NCBI RefSeq assembly: GCF_009914755.1 | Contig: NC_060925.1 | Length of the DNA: 64,000 nt | Origin: the human T2T-CHM13v2.0 reference genome, Homo sapiens | Direction: 5' to 3' (one strand) | In this document: positions 25,879-54,050 of the stretch, piece after piece | How the letters are laid out: every line of letters starts with the position of its first letter | Position numbering within the stretch: position 1 is the first letter of the stretch | Made by a program: the position numbers and the translations under genes | Notes under the pieces: model-generated | Seen by the model: only the letters and a program-made list of their open reading frames with translations | The model's database searches: none | What the model was told of the DNA's origin: nothing

Positions 25879-27186
25879 TGCCAGTCCAGGCACCACCCTG
25901 AGTTCCTGACAAGTACAGCTGGCAGGATCCCAGCGAGCCAGACCAATAATGCCTCCCATTTTACAGATGGAAAAACCAAAGCCTAGAGTGTGGAAGAGAC
26001 TTGCCCCAAATTGCAGGATGTCAGAAGCAGAGCCAGGCTTAAATCCAGGTCTTTTGCCTCTCAGCTCAGTGCCCAACTACCTGCTACTTCCCACAAAGGA
26101 CAGTCCACAAAGGACAGTGCAGGGGGTCACCTGGATATGTTTGGGCTACAGTGCCACAGACACATCCCATGATATGAATCATTAAGATAATAACAATAAG
26201 CTACAGTTTAATGAGTACTCACTCTGTACCTGCCAGAGTGCTAAATTCATTATATGGACTGAGTCCTCACAACAACCCTAAGGATTAGGAACTGTTTTAT
26301 ATTCTCTCTATTTAACAGATGACAAAACTATGTGGCTCAGAGACGGTAAGCAACTTGCCCAAAATTGCATAGCCAGGAAGTGACAGAACCAGGTCTAAAA
26401 GCCAGGTCTGTCCTGTCAAACTTCAGAGCCTTAACTACTATCCTACACTTATCCATCTGAAAGGCACAGTCCCTACCTGCTTCCCTTAAACCCCATGGCA
26501 CCCTCACACCTCACTCCCTCACCCAAATCACATCTATCCCAACTGAGGAAGAATGTTTCGAATTGGCCTGATTCATTGTAACGATTAAACTCCATTTGAG
26601 AAAGAAAAATGACACAGTTCCTCCTAAGTTTTCAGCTGAAAGATATTTAACAGCCTCTTTTTTCCCTTCAGTCCCTTGGATGAGAAAACCAAGACTCCCT
26701 TCTCCCCTCAGGCTGGTGAATTCCAACATCCCGGGGCACATTATGGAAGCTATCAGGCAGTAGGGGCTCATGGAGGTTAGTGACAACTGGAGGGCCCACT
26801 CTGCAATGAGCCCAGATAGTGCAACAGAGCCAAGAGAGCAATTTTCAAGTTCCTCCCGCAAATGATCTTGTGCAACCTTCACAAGCTGCCCAAAGCCACC
26901 CAGCCGGGATGTGGGAGAAACCAGAATGCCACCCAGGTCTCATCTAACTCAAGCCTCTAGTGCTGGTGAGCTCCTCTAAGTGGAAGAGTGGGGTTAGCTT
27001 AGCAAGGGAGAACTATGGAGGAAGGGAAGTGGGAGGCAGAGAGACACTCTACCACCTTCATTTCTCTCTAGAGCCATGAGCTCCTTCCATGGGGCCCCAG
27101 ACTTACCAGGGCCAGAACTACTTATTTTATAATTAAGAAGGCAACAGAGGACCTGGCCAACTGCCTGGATTCAAAGCCTGGATCCT

Positions 27187-28010
<824 letters not shown>

Positions 28011-29708
28011 TAGAAAACTTACTTTTTATTTATCTGTCCTGTTTGATTATGTATGTATTTATTTTTTACAATATATGTATATTACTTTTCTAATTAAAAA
28101 AAAACCCTAGTTTAAAATTAAAAAATTAACAAACACAGAAGAATCCTCTGAAAGGTTTAAACATTTCTTGGCATTTCATGTTCCTCAAAGTAGATAAAGA
28201 AAAACAGACAATCTCTGCCCTTCTGGAGTTCCCATTCCACCTGATCTTAATTAATTCCCTCTGCAATCCTCAGGGATAATCATTTTACAGATAAGAAGAC
28301 TGAGGCCGGCCAGTGGGGGGAAGTCACTTGTCCAGTCTCCCACAGCTGGGAGCAGGGCTACAATCTCCAGAGCTAGGGCTGTTTCCACCACTGCCCAGGC
28401 CAGGTCTGTGGATGGCATGTTTGAAGCTGGTGTCCCCAGGAGGAGAGAAGCAAGACGAATGAGGAGGTCTGCATGTCCAGGCTCAAAACTTCACTCTACA
28501 TTATCATTGGCTCCTGTGGTGGGGAGGGCGTGATGGATGCAGGCAAGAGTGGAAACCCAGAACAAGGAGTCCAGCATGAGGGGGGCTCAGGCTCCTCGCT
28601 GCCCACTCTCAGACCTGGGTTCGGCGATGGAGGTCCCCATGCACCTCTGCCTAGAGGAGAAGCACAGCTTCAACCTCCCTAGTTGTTCAATCTCAGCTCT
28701 AGGGTAGGTAGGAGACCCCTGCCTCTCCTTAACCACCCTCCCAAATTCCCCTGCCAGGGCCTGATTTGAAGGGCAGTGCTGTTTCTTCTAGTCCACTACA
28801 GTCACTCCTCCCTGAGACAAGAACCTGAGTTCCCTATGCTGGGGCTAGGCACAGTGTCCTCAGATGCTCTGGTCCTCCCTAGGGCACCCAAGTGTCCCCA
28901 TCCCCACTGTTGCTGGCCCCGGCAGAGGAGCTGCTCTGGTGGGTGGAACTGATGACTGATGGAACCCCCATGGCCACAGCGGCCAGACCAAAGCAGGAAG
29001 TGTGGTCCAGGCTGGGTCAGGCTGGCCCAGGATCTGGCAGCTCCTGGTGACCCTCTCCAGGGAGGTGGCTCTCCTTTCCCAGGACTGCCCGGTCAGGAAG
29101 GTGAAGGGAGGCAGAAACAACACAAAGGATTGGAGGGTTCTTGGAGTCTAAGATCCCAGAACACAGATGAACATGGGCCAGAAATGGTCAGCGATTTAGA
29201 GACACACCAAAGAGAAACCCTGAGAGACACACGCCGGAGCAGAGACTTTGTGAGAAACGCTCACACAGGGGTGGTGATCAGAGGCAGAGACCCAGAGGAA
29301 GGGAGAGACCCATGCAAACGAGGGATCTAGAGGGAAACACACAGCAGGACCTCAACGGATCCACAGATCAGCCTCAGACACACCCCCAGTCCCAGCAAGC
29401 CACCGTCCCACAGCGCATCCCCCAACAGGAGGCCACTTGTACAGTGCGGGCGGGCCGGGGACTCGCGCACAGGACGCACTTGGGGACCGGAGGAGCGCCG
29501 GGCACAGCAGCGAGAAGCGCACACAAAGAGACAGCCCGGCCAGCGGGAGCAGGCTCCGCCCGACCGCTCCGAGACTCCAGACCACCCCCCGCCCGGGCAC
29601 ACGCACCAGACACACACACAGAGACACACGCAACCCCACCCGCACGCCCTGGGACCGCGCCCCGCCGCGCCCCACCCTGCCCCGACTGCCTGGGCACGCG
29701 ACGCTTAC

Positions 29709-29762
29709 CAGCTGCAGGCAGCAGAAGGCGACCAGCGTGCAGCGCCCGCTGCACTTGCCCAT
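29709..29762 (-). CDS. NKAIN1: NKAIN1 first coding exon (Na+/K+-transporting ATPase interacting protein 1), MGKCSGRCTLVAFCCLQL, phase-0 donor
   Basis: ATG at 29762 in strong Kozak context (GGAGCCATGG); 18 codons match the recognised NKAIN-family N-terminus; followed by donor CTG|GTAAGC (29708-29703). No further coding exon recognised in 1-29708, so this is a long first intron. Confidence 0.96.
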
Positions 29763-29885
29763 GGCTCCGGGGGCTGCGCGGGCCGCACGCCGCGGCGCCC
29801 TTCTTGCTCCGCGGCCGCCGCCTGCTCGCGCCGCGCGGGCTCCACGTCCTCCCCGCTGGGCGCGCCGGGCGGCGGGGCCGGGCGC

Positions 29886-29951
29886 CTAGGGCCGGGCCCG
29901 GGAGTGTCCGGTCCCCAAGGCTGGGGCCGGCCGCCCGCGCTCCGAGTCCAT
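29886..29951 (-). CDS. Putative upstream ORF in the NKAIN1 5' leader (21 aa, MDSERGRPAPALGTGHSRARP*)
   Basis: ATG at 29951 in GGACCATGG context, TAG at 29888-29886; in frame with the main ATG 189 nt downstream. Requires a TSS upstream of 29951. Confidence 0.55.
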   Translation of the reverse strand: MDSERGRPAPALGTGHSRARP

Positions 29952-30314
29952 GGTCCGTCCGTCCGCGCGCTGGCCCCGCCGAGCCGCGCCTCCTTTGTCT
30001 AGCGGGCCGTCCGTCAGGCGCGCCTCCTGCCCCGGGGCGGCTGGCGGGGAGCGCGGAGCAAGGAGAGCGAGCCCCGAGCGCGGCGCAGCGCAGAGCAGCA
30101 CTGCCCAGCTGGGGCAGTCGCCCGGGCTCTCGTCGGCCGCGGCTTCCCGGCCCCACCACGTGGCTCCGCCGCCGCCACCGACAGGGAGGGAGTTGGGGGG
30201 AACGGCAGAGGGGTGGGGCGGGGGAGCCGCCGGAGGGGAGGGGAGAGGGATAGGGAGGTGGAGGGTTGGAGAGGCAGGGAGTGAAGTGGAAGAGTGCGTG
30301 CGGGCTTAGGGGAC

Positions 30315-30495
30315 AACAGCCCTGAGTCAAATCCAGACTTTGCTGCTCACTCGCTGTGTGACCTTGGGCAAATCACGTCACCTCTCTGGACCTGTTTTCT
30401 CATGAACAAAGTAGGAATAATTATGCCTCTTTAGTGTAGATATGAAGATGAAATGCAGTCATGTGAATAAAGCGCTTAGCCCTGTGCCTGGCCTC
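30315..30495 (+). mobile_element. MIR immediately upstream of the NKAIN1 CpG island
   Basis: CTGTGTGACCTTGGGCAAATCAC..ACCTCTCTG..AAGCGCTTAGC MIR core. Confidence 0.8.
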
Positions 30496-31262
30496 CTGGC
30501 TTGGAACACTTTTTTGTCCACCCTGTCTCTAGGGCTCCAGGGTTCCAACTTGGACTTCTAGTTCTATTTACGTTCCCAGATCTGCTCCTCACCCCAGCCT
30601 CTCCCCTGAGTGTCTGGCCACATTTTTCGCCTTCCTTCTTTCCGTCTACTGGCATTTATTGAGCCCTGACTGCATACACACCCCTGGGGGCCCTGCGAGC
30701 CAGAGATGAGACCTGCAACACTGTTCCAAATCCCGTAGAGCTGCACCGCCCAGGGAACAGATAGGCTCCCAAGAGCACGCCAGTGAGATGGGTGATGGCA
30801 GAGATCTGCCCAGGTGGAGGTAGGGAGCCCCTACCCTGGGCTGCAGTAGGGACAGAGTCAGAAGTTTCCCAGCAGAAGATTGCCTTCTCCAAGCCACCCC
30901 CAAAAGCCCTCGAACTGGACACATCTCAAATCCACATAATCATTCCTGTCCCACTCCTAACTTCCTATATTCACCTTGGCAATTAGCATCACCCAAGTGG
31001 AATTTCCTAGGTCATCCTCCAGGCTTCCCTACAATTACATCTGATCTGTCATTACATTCTATAAACTGTACTTTCCAACTAACATTTATGAAATACCCAC
31101 TATGTGCCAGGTTCTCTGCTGGGGATAAGGGAACAAAACCCGACAAAATCTCTGCCCTCATTGAGCACACAGTCTAGTGAGGGATTGTCATTAAAACAAG
31201 GAAATATACAAATAAATACACAAAGTTCTGATGAATACTCTAAAGAATATTAAAGAAGAAAC

Positions 31263-31766
<504 letters not shown>

Positions 31767-31948
31767 TTATTCTTTCCCTTCCTCTCCACTCTCACTAGCC
31801 CTCTTGATTCGAGAGACAGGAAGTATGGTAAGATGTAGGTTAGGACCCGTGGTTTTGGACCCAAACGGCCTGGGTCCCGGTTCCAGCACTGTCACTTGTT
31901 TGCTGCTCACATAGTAAGCATGCAAATAAATGTGTCACTGTTTTCTTC

Positions 31949-33820
<1,872 letters not shown>

Positions 33821-35084
33821 CAGAACAGCAGGAAATTTTCTCAGCCATGCTTGGCAAATAACAGCTGTGTCCAACCAGGTTCCGTGACTAGACAGGCTTC
33901 CAGGAGTCTGTGAAGTCCCTGAAATAATATGCAAAGCATCATGTGAGCAGCTGTGCCTTTTTCTGGGGAGAGGCACAGCTTTCGTCAGGTTCTCCAAAGA
34001 GTCCATTTCCCACAAAAGAATAGAACCACCTCCACAAAGGCTCAGCCCAGATGTAACGTTCTCTACCAGATCCTCTGCTGGGCCTCTTCCAGATATAATC
34101 TCTGCCAGTTACCTCTGTGAGGCTAACAATGCAACTCAATAACAAAAAGACAATAATAGCTACCATTTATTGAGTGTTTACTCTGAGCCAAGCTTCTACA
34201 TGCATTATCTCATTTAATTCCTATAGTAACAGTGGATTCCCACTGGGGCTCTGACCACCCCTGCCGGCTCTTGACTATATCTGGTCATGCCTGTAACCTC
34301 TATTCCAAGGCCTGGCTGACTCACTCATAAGTCTGTCCTGTGGGAGTGGGGATGGCCTGTCTGACCTCAGTAGAATTAACCTCTGCCCCTGGCTCATTCC
34401 CGCAAGTGCTGCCCTGAGGAATTCACGCACACAGGATGCCCTCTCATACTTCCACTCTTAAGCAACTACGTCATAAATTATCTCTACATCCTACAGGGCT
34501 AGGATCAGGGCAGGAATCAGCAAATGTGTAGCAAATGAATGATTGCACACCCAGCACTCCTGTCGTTCCTGCTTCAGTGCCCAGCATATCTTGTGCCCTC
34601 TTTACCACCTGGAAGTCAGGGTTCTACGGAGGAAGACAGCCTAACTGTAGGAACAGATAGAAACATCTTTGGCAAGAAGTTGGAGGGGCTAGGAGCTGGG
34701 GATGACATCAATATTCACCTTGAAGGATGACTAACCCTTGGGCCAAAGAAATGCTGTGGGGAGAATGAAGCAGGGTTTGGAAATAAAGGAGAGAGATGAT
34801 TCAGAATATATCCACACTTCCTGAGCGAGAAGACAGAGGCATGGTCAGCCCGGAGAGAAGCATGGTGGGTTCTGCTGAGGTGATGAGATTTCTAGAGGGT
34901 TAAGAACTTTCTCCCCTGCCCTGAACCAAGGCTTGTCAGTGTTTCAGTCTTCCACCATTAGTCTCTCTGTGGGTTAAAACACTAAAGGCTTCTGAGAAAG
35001 TTCACTTATATAAGATAGCTGAGTTGTTAAACATAATAATTTCCCTGCTTTCAAGTTAGAGGACTGAACATGCTCACTAATTAC

Positions 35085-35805
35085 AGCCTCTGGGATATTT
35101 TCTGACATCAGCCAAATTCTTCACACCAACTGGGTGGCCAGCAATCCAGTTCAATTCTGACCCTAGCTATTAGGGGTTAGTGTAGACCCCACAGGTTAAG
35201 GACTCAGTTCTTCAAGACTGCCCCTACTTCAGACCAGTCACAAGTCTCTGGCCACCCAGCTATACTGCTGATAAACTGGCTATAAATTGGGGGTTCCTGC
35301 TATCCCCTCCTCAGTTCTAATAGTTTGCTAGAATGGCTCACAGGATCCAGGAAGGCATTTTACTTACGTTTGTCTGTTTATTTTAAAGGATACTAATGAG
35401 GAGCCAGATGAAGAAGTATACAGGGTGAGGTCCAGAAGAGTCCCAAGTGCAGGAGTTTCTGTCCCTGAAGAGTCAGGGAGCATCACCCTCCTGGCCTGTG
35501 GATGCATTCACCAACCCAGCTCTCTGAATCTCATTGTTCAAGAGTTTTCATATAGCTCAATCTTCAGCACCACCCCCCATTCTCAGAGGTCAGTGGGTGG
35601 GACTGAAATTTCCAACCTTCTCATCACTTGGTCTTTCTGGTGACTAGTCCCATCCCTAGATCTAGGGGCTCTACTTAAGTCACCTCATTAGGGTAAACTC
35701 AAGTGTGATAGAAGGGGCTTATGAATAAGAAAAAACACTCCTATTGCTCAGGAAATTCCCAAGATCCAGGGACAAAGACCAAATATGTTTTTGTATTATA
35801 CCACT
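35085..35805. mobile_element. MER21-family solo LTR (endogenous retrovirus derived)
   Basis: Resembles recalled MER21 text: CAATTCTGAC..AGACCCCACAGGTTAAG..CAAGACTGCCCC.ACTTCAGA..CTAGAATGGCTCACAG..CAGCCAGATGAAGA..TATTATACCAC. Confidence 0.7.
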
Positions 35806-35836
35806 GTAGCCAACACTTATCAAGAACTATGTGCCA

Positions 35837-39908
<4,072 letters not shown>

Positions 39909-40442
39909 TGTTGCTCTTTCTTTGTTCAGTATAAATCTGCCTTCTTATGGTTCACTTTGTCTTGGCTCTGCACTTTGAGGCATCCCAGAATAAGAGTGTT
40001 TCCTCTCTTTTCCAAGGCAGCTTTTTGCTGTTTAAGGCAGTGATCTTACCTGTCTTCTTCCCTAGTTCCTACAACTGTTCCCCACAATGACTTCCCAAGA
40101 GGGCACCCAGAACCAAAGGCATCCTCAGGTGTGGTTGACCTCTTGTGCAGAGTACTAAGAACCCTCTGGTGGCTCCCTTTCCATAGGACGAAGCCAAAGC
40201 TGCCAACTTGGCTTTCCAGGCCTTTCATAATTTGGCTCCATCACTTTCCAAGGCTCCTACTCATCTGTTACTCCCCCAACATGCTGTCACCACATACGCT
40301 GTGTGTTATTTTTGAACACACCAGATTTGGCAATCTGTGTTGTTGTCCATGTTTATTCCACTATCTATCTAGATGGCCCCTACCCACACTCCCAGCTCCC
40401 TCCCTTCTCCACAGTTTCTGATCCTCCTTTAAGATTCACCTA

Positions 40443-45157
<4,715 letters not shown>

Positions 45158-46582
45158 TCTAGAAGATCTAAGTTAAAAAAGAATGCAAGAGTCTAGGTGG
45201 GTTGCAGTGTCAATTGAAGAAAAGAAGTTGAAGCCTAGAAGAAAGAGTTTGGAACATCCCCGGGCTTGATGCAGAGGATGGCCATCCATGCAGGCTTCTT
45301 TCAGAGGAGCATCATTATGTGTCTGGGGTTCACAGACAATTGATCAAAGGGCAGGCTAAGAGGCTAAGAGCTCAGACCTGGCATCATTTGGTTCCACAGG
45401 AACAGGGCTGTCCATTTTAAGTCAGGCTCCTCCCTCTTCCTGGGACATCAGCTGTCAAGCCCCAAAGACTCTTGGAAAAAGCAATCCTGTCCTAACCCAA
45501 ATGGCCTGACAACCTTTCTTTAAGGCTCAACTGCCTACGGCTCCAAATTGCTCAGAGCTCTCTTTTACCTCAGTTTCCCATTCTTCTACTTTGAGATGTT
45601 AGTAAGCGGCAGACTCTAGTCTATTAGTAAGAAGCAAATAGTTTTGTTGTGAAGAAGCAACTCTGATAAGCCTTTACCTGTTCTTTCTAGCTTATTAGAT
45701 CCAATCCCTGAAAAAGATTGTTCTTGTCTTTGAAACCAGCAACTCTGCCTATTACCTATTTACTTGAAATAGAAGACAACGTCTGGAGGCTTGGATCTGC
45801 TTCCCTACAGGACTCATCCTTGCATAACTTCACTAGGCCCATGAAGGTCTTCAGGGATTAGCTTCTCTAACCTGAAAAGGGATCGACCATCCCTGAACAA
45901 CCAGGGGAAGTAGGTGAGGGAAGACAGTACCAATTTTTGTTCTGATGGGCTGGCCTGTAAATAAACTGTTTAGGGGGTTGGGACTGAACGGGATTAGGGC
46001 TACTGACTAGGAGAAAAGGTAGTTATTATATCAGGGAGGCCAAAAAAAAAAAAAAGGAAAAATAACCTGAAAATCTGCCTCCCTAAAAATTCAACCCACA
46101 AAACTCAGCCACGCAGCAAAAAAGAAATTTGGCTCTTTAAGTGCCAACAGTATTAAGTGCTAGAGATTGTGGAAGTCATAAAGGGAAATTAACTGAAAAT
46201 CAGGGATGCCATTACTCATTCAGGAGCAATCTCTCTCTCCCAAAGTGAGAATACAATCTGCACCCTCTGGGGATCTTTTATACGCAAATCTTTATTCCCC
46301 AGGCTGGGGCTTCTATTTTCTTCAAATTCTAAATGGTGCTGCTATTTCCTGCTAATGGCTTCTACCCAGCCTCTTGAAGAAGGCACCTGAGGGGGGACTG
46401 AAGAAGCTGAGGTTAGAGGAAAGCCCTCACAGTCTCCAGGGTCTTGGCTCTTCCCAATCACTGCCAACTTCTCAAGGGATTGGTAGGCTTTTAAAAGGGC
46501 AGTGTCAAGGTTGAAGCCCTGTTGTATTCCAACCCAAGAAAAGATGAGGGTGGGTGGAAGGGACTGGACCGGTTTTCAAGTA

Positions 46583-47874
<1,292 letters not shown>

Positions 47875-49289
47875 TATGTGGACCTGGTGCTTAAAAAGGA
47901 TTATTAGGGAGTGTTCAGTGATACTGCTGGAGGTGTGAAAAGCAGCTTGCATACTACCTTTGTCCAAATTTCTCCTGGTTAAAGGCATAACCATATATAT
48001 ATATTGCTCAGACCAGAAATCTGAAAGTCACTATTCCCTTTGGAGATTCTACCATACTATGTATATTAAAGGCTCTAAACAGTCCTGCAGTAAATAAACT
48101 GGCTTCACTTTATTTAACCTGGTCTTGAGCATGGGATCTTTATGCCCCAAAATATCTAACAAACTATCTGAAAAACAGTGTTCTGTGCAATGCACTTTGG
48201 GAAACCTCAACCTATGGATCACGTACATGAAGTACAAGCTTTCTCAGATTTGGCTTTCAGTTCTGTAACTTTACTGTTTGCTGCTCCCCAACTCTAATCA
48301 TCCTCAAGTTCTTCTGGTTTATAAAATGTGCCACACTTTCAAGCTTGTGCCTGCTGTTTCCTGAAAGGCACATGTTCTTTGTCCACCTGGCAAGCCCTAC
48401 TCATCCTCCAAGTCCCAATCTAAGCATAATCACATCATCTGTGAAACTTCCTAAATGCTCCAAGGCAAAATAAATTGTTTACTCCTGTGTTTCCAGTGCA
48501 CTTTATTCAAACGTTATTCACTGTATTAAAAGTAATTGGTTTGAAAGCTTTACCATCCTGCTGGTTCCTTCATTGATGAGTTGTATAAATCTTTGGCATA
48601 TGCTCACTTAAAAAAGTAATGAATTTGAGACGGTTTTTTCTACTGGTGTGTGCACTTCTCAAGATGGCAAGGACAGTACCTTATTTATCTCTGTCTTCAG
48701 CAACAATGGTCATGCCTGCCACGTAATAGGGGTTGATGTGTTTGTTGAATGATGATGCCCCAAACCCAGGGTAGATATCCTCTCTCTAACTTAAGATAAA
48801 TAGATGATTCAGGTTTGTGAGCCAAAAGTATACAACCAAACATGCTCAGAACAGGTTAGAACTGTGAAGATCTCTTTGTTCTGAGATAAGAGATTCAGAA
48901 AAAACACATTCTACTCCCCAGTGCCAGATGAGATTCACTAGTGTCTATCTGTGTGCTGGGTGTTGTCACCCAGTGATCCAGGGAGACAGTAACCTGTCTT
49001 AGTGGTAGGAGGAAAGTAATAGCATTTCTTAATGTCCCTGTCTGTTTATGCAAAGCCAGACAAGTAAACAGAATCATAAAGATGTCTCAGATAATGTCAC
49101 GGTTAAGTTGCACCCAAACATTCTCACATTCCATTTGAGTTGAGTTTGATGCAGCATTCTGGGCAATGTCATTTCTACCAGCTAAGACTGCCCCAAATCT
49201 GCCCACTTTCAGGAGCCTGAGAATAGAGAATGCTGCTCAGAAAAGTTCTTTTGGCAGGAGGCAGAGTAAATACGGGCTCTGTTCATTAA

Positions 49290-49697
<408 letters not shown>

Positions 49698-49914
49698 TGA
49701 TAATTATTCTTTGTCATTTTCATGGAAGTAAGTAAACCTAAAAACACAGAAAAGGGGGAAAAAAAAAACAAGTGAGCAGCTTCTTGGAAGTTTAAATGAA
49801 TTGTATTCTGTGGCCACATCATGCTCTATTCTGATTTATAGCAATCAAGCCTCAAAAAAAAGACAGCAATAAATCCAATCCACATGGCTCTTGTAAAAAG
49901 GCATCTATTTGGCT

Positions 49915-49920
49915 TTTAAT
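49915..49920 (-). terminator. SNRNP40: Candidate SNRNP40 polyadenylation signal ATTAAA
   Basis: ATTAAA on the minus strand ~370 nt past the stop codon, preceded by U-rich 3'UTR tracts. The true cleavage site or sites cannot be fixed from sequence. Confidence 0.5.
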
Positions 49921-50286
49921 ACAAAATGATATAGAGAAATACAGAAAGAAAATATCATACAAGCCAGTTACAAAAAAAAAAAAAAATCCCAACCAACAAA
50001 TTTGTCACATTGGGCCTGCATTAGAAAACAGGAAAAAAGAAAAAGAAAAAAAAAAACAGTCCCTGAAATCTGGCAGGTGGTTTTTAGAGGCCACAGGGAG
50101 CTTGCCTTAGTCATCCTGGTGAAATGGGACAGAAGTGGTTTTTGGAATATGGCCACCGCCTCCTGTTTCTTGCTAGCAATGGTCATCTGAAGGGAGGGTG
50201 CTAGCCTGGACATCCAACATTTGGCATCACTTATGCAGTCTGAGGTCTCAAAGACAAGCAGCCTTGGAGTCTTCCAGTCCATATCT

Positions 50287-50336
50287 TCACTGAATCTCTC
50301 CCATATACAGTCTCTTGTCACTCGATGCTGAGATAA
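50287..50336 (-). CDS. SNRNP40: SNRNP40 last coding exon ((I)ISASSDKRLYMGEIQ*)
   Basis: Acceptor TTTTTACCTCAG|TT; TGA stop at 50289-50287; recognised SNRNP40 C-terminus. Confidence 0.95.
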
Positions 50337-51396
50337 CTGAGGTAAAAAGAACAGATAACTAGAAATAATGAAGGCTCAAGGAGACTTGGTGCTCAAGGGC
50401 TCTTGTGTCAAGAGCCAATTCTGGTATAAAAGAGCAATTGGACTTAGCTTAAATTCCCCTCCTAAACACCATCCACAGGAAATTGTAGCCTGGCTTTTCA
50501 ATCCAAGTCCTCTAATATCATGAGGATGACTGTACTATGGGAAATACATTATCAGACACTAAATACTGACATCCCTTGTCAGTCAAACCCCAAGAAAAAG
50601 ACTTTCCCAGTCATTCTAGAAGAGAGGAATCTATGGCTGTGCCAGTCATTTTGTAAATGTGCTTCTGCTTGTTATACTTAGCCCTGGAGAAAGTTACAGT
50701 TTCTCCTTTAATTCAAGGCTGAAATTATTTGGTTTAGCCAGCCAAAAAATTTTAAGCTGAAATTTATATCTAAATATTAAAAAGTATCATTCTTGGCCGG
50801 GCGCAGTGGCTCACATCTGTAATCCCAGCACTTTGGGAAGCTGAGGCGGGTGGATTACCAGAGGTCAGGAGTTTGAGACCAGCCTGGCCAACATGGTGAA
50901 ACCTCGTCTCTACTAAAAACACAAAAATTAGGCAGGTGTGGTGGTGGGTGCCTGTAGTCCCAGCTACTTGGGAGGCTGAGGCAGGAGAATCGCTTGAACC
51001 TGGGAAGGCAGAGGTTGCAGTGAGCCGAGATCGTGCCACTGAACTCCAGCCTGGGCGACAAGAGTGAGACTCTGTCTCAAAAAAAAAAAAAAAAAAAGTA
51101 TCTTTCTTTTAATCAAATACATCATTGAAACAGACTTGATGGAAGTAAATTTAAAAAAAAATTAGACTTACCAACTTCCCTTTGAGATCAAGAAGAAAAT
51201 GGAGCATTGCTCTTACTCTCACCACTTATGAGCAATGGTGAGACTGACATTGATACCCACATAAAGACTGTTTGCAGCTGGGCACAGTGGCTCACGCCTG
51301 TAATCCCAGCACTTTGGGAGGCTGAGGCGGGTGGATTACTGGACGTCAGGAGTTCGTGACCACCCTGACCAATGCGGTGAAACCCCGTCTCTACTA

Positions 51397-51741
<345 letters not shown>

Positions 51742-51745
51742 TTAC

Positions 51746-51849
51746 TGATGGGCTCATCAGGGTGGAAAGCCACTTCATTGATGGAGCCAGCATGGCCGGG
51801 CAGCTTATACAATATTCTCCTGCTTGTGGTATCCCACACATAAACAAAC
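51746..51849 (-). CDS. SNRNP40: SNRNP40 penultimate coding exon, 104 nt (FVYVWDTTSRRILYKLPGHAGSINEVAFHPDEPI)
   Basis: Acceptor TTACAG|G, donor TCA|GTAAGT; contains the VWD end of one WD40 repeat and the GH start of the next; frame consistent. Confidence 0.95.
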
Positions 51850-52454
51850 CTGTAAGGTATCATGAAAAGCAAGGGTAAGTCCTCTTAGAGCTGGGGGTAG
51901 GACAGAGGCATGGCTTTTTAAAGGAAATGGAAGCAACAATTATTTACTTACCTTACATTTACTGAACCATGTTCTGGCTTTTAGAAACTAGGAACACAGA
52001 GTTTGAATAAGACATGGACTCACCTCTTGAGCAATGGGGTGGAGAAATAAGAATAACTAAAAATATAAGCATGACTGGCATGTTTGAATACAAGCTTCTG
52101 AAATGGGAAACACCACATGGAAGAAAAGAAAGTTTTTCCTGCAGACATCACACAAAAACCTTTTTCAGAGTGTCTAGTATAATTAGGCTACAGTTAACTT
52201 CATACTCATCCAGGAAATCTAAAAGGTAACCCAACTCATGGCAGGGTGGGAGCCTAGGCTGCTGATCCAGATGAACTTTTTAGTACTGTATTCAAACAGA
52301 GACCTGAGAAGGGACAGGAAGTGTCTGGTATATAAAATATTTATAGTGTTTGCTAACCTAATACTCACTTGAGCCAACTTTTCCATTGAATTAACAGGCA
52401 GAAGGAATACTGAATTCTAGAATGGGAAGGGGCCAAGAGAAATCAGCTTGTCTA

Positions 52455-52802
<348 letters not shown>

Positions 52803-52889
52803 TTAGAGATAAGAAAACTGGGGCACAGTGACGTTTCCAAGGCAATACAGTTCATCAACGGCGTAACTAAAATTAGAACTCTTCAAAAA

Positions 52890-54050
<1,161 letters not shown>

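Larger units (their letters stand above)
29440..30305. promoter_or_regulatory. NKAIN1: CpG island covering the NKAIN1 promoter, 5'UTR and exon 1
   Basis: Abrupt GC- and CpG-rich block in CpG-depleted surroundings; GC box GGGGCGGGGG at 30215-30224, E-box CACGTG at 30157-30162, no TATA box. The exact TSS cannot be read from sequence (probably about 30050-30200). Confidence 0.9.

Noticed and set aside
29352-29708. Continuation of the 136-aa NKAIN1 ORF beyond codon 18
   Set aside because: It reads through a consensus donor (CTG|GTAAGC) into intron 1.
29312-30330. Overlapping 313-aa (+) and 318-aa (-) ORFs
   Set aside because: Low-complexity Arg/Pro/Ala/Gly products expected from stop-codon scarcity in a CpG island; the minus ORF is out of frame with NKAIN1.
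45160-46580. Repeat-poor intergenic block as a hidden gene or ncRNA
   Set aside because: No ORF of 60 aa or more, and no recognisable RNA-gene motif or splice architecture; function cannot be supported from sequence alone.
49868-49873. AATAAA near the SNRNP40 3' end
   Set aside because: It is on the plus strand, the wrong orientation for SNRNP40, and no plus-strand transcript is evident.
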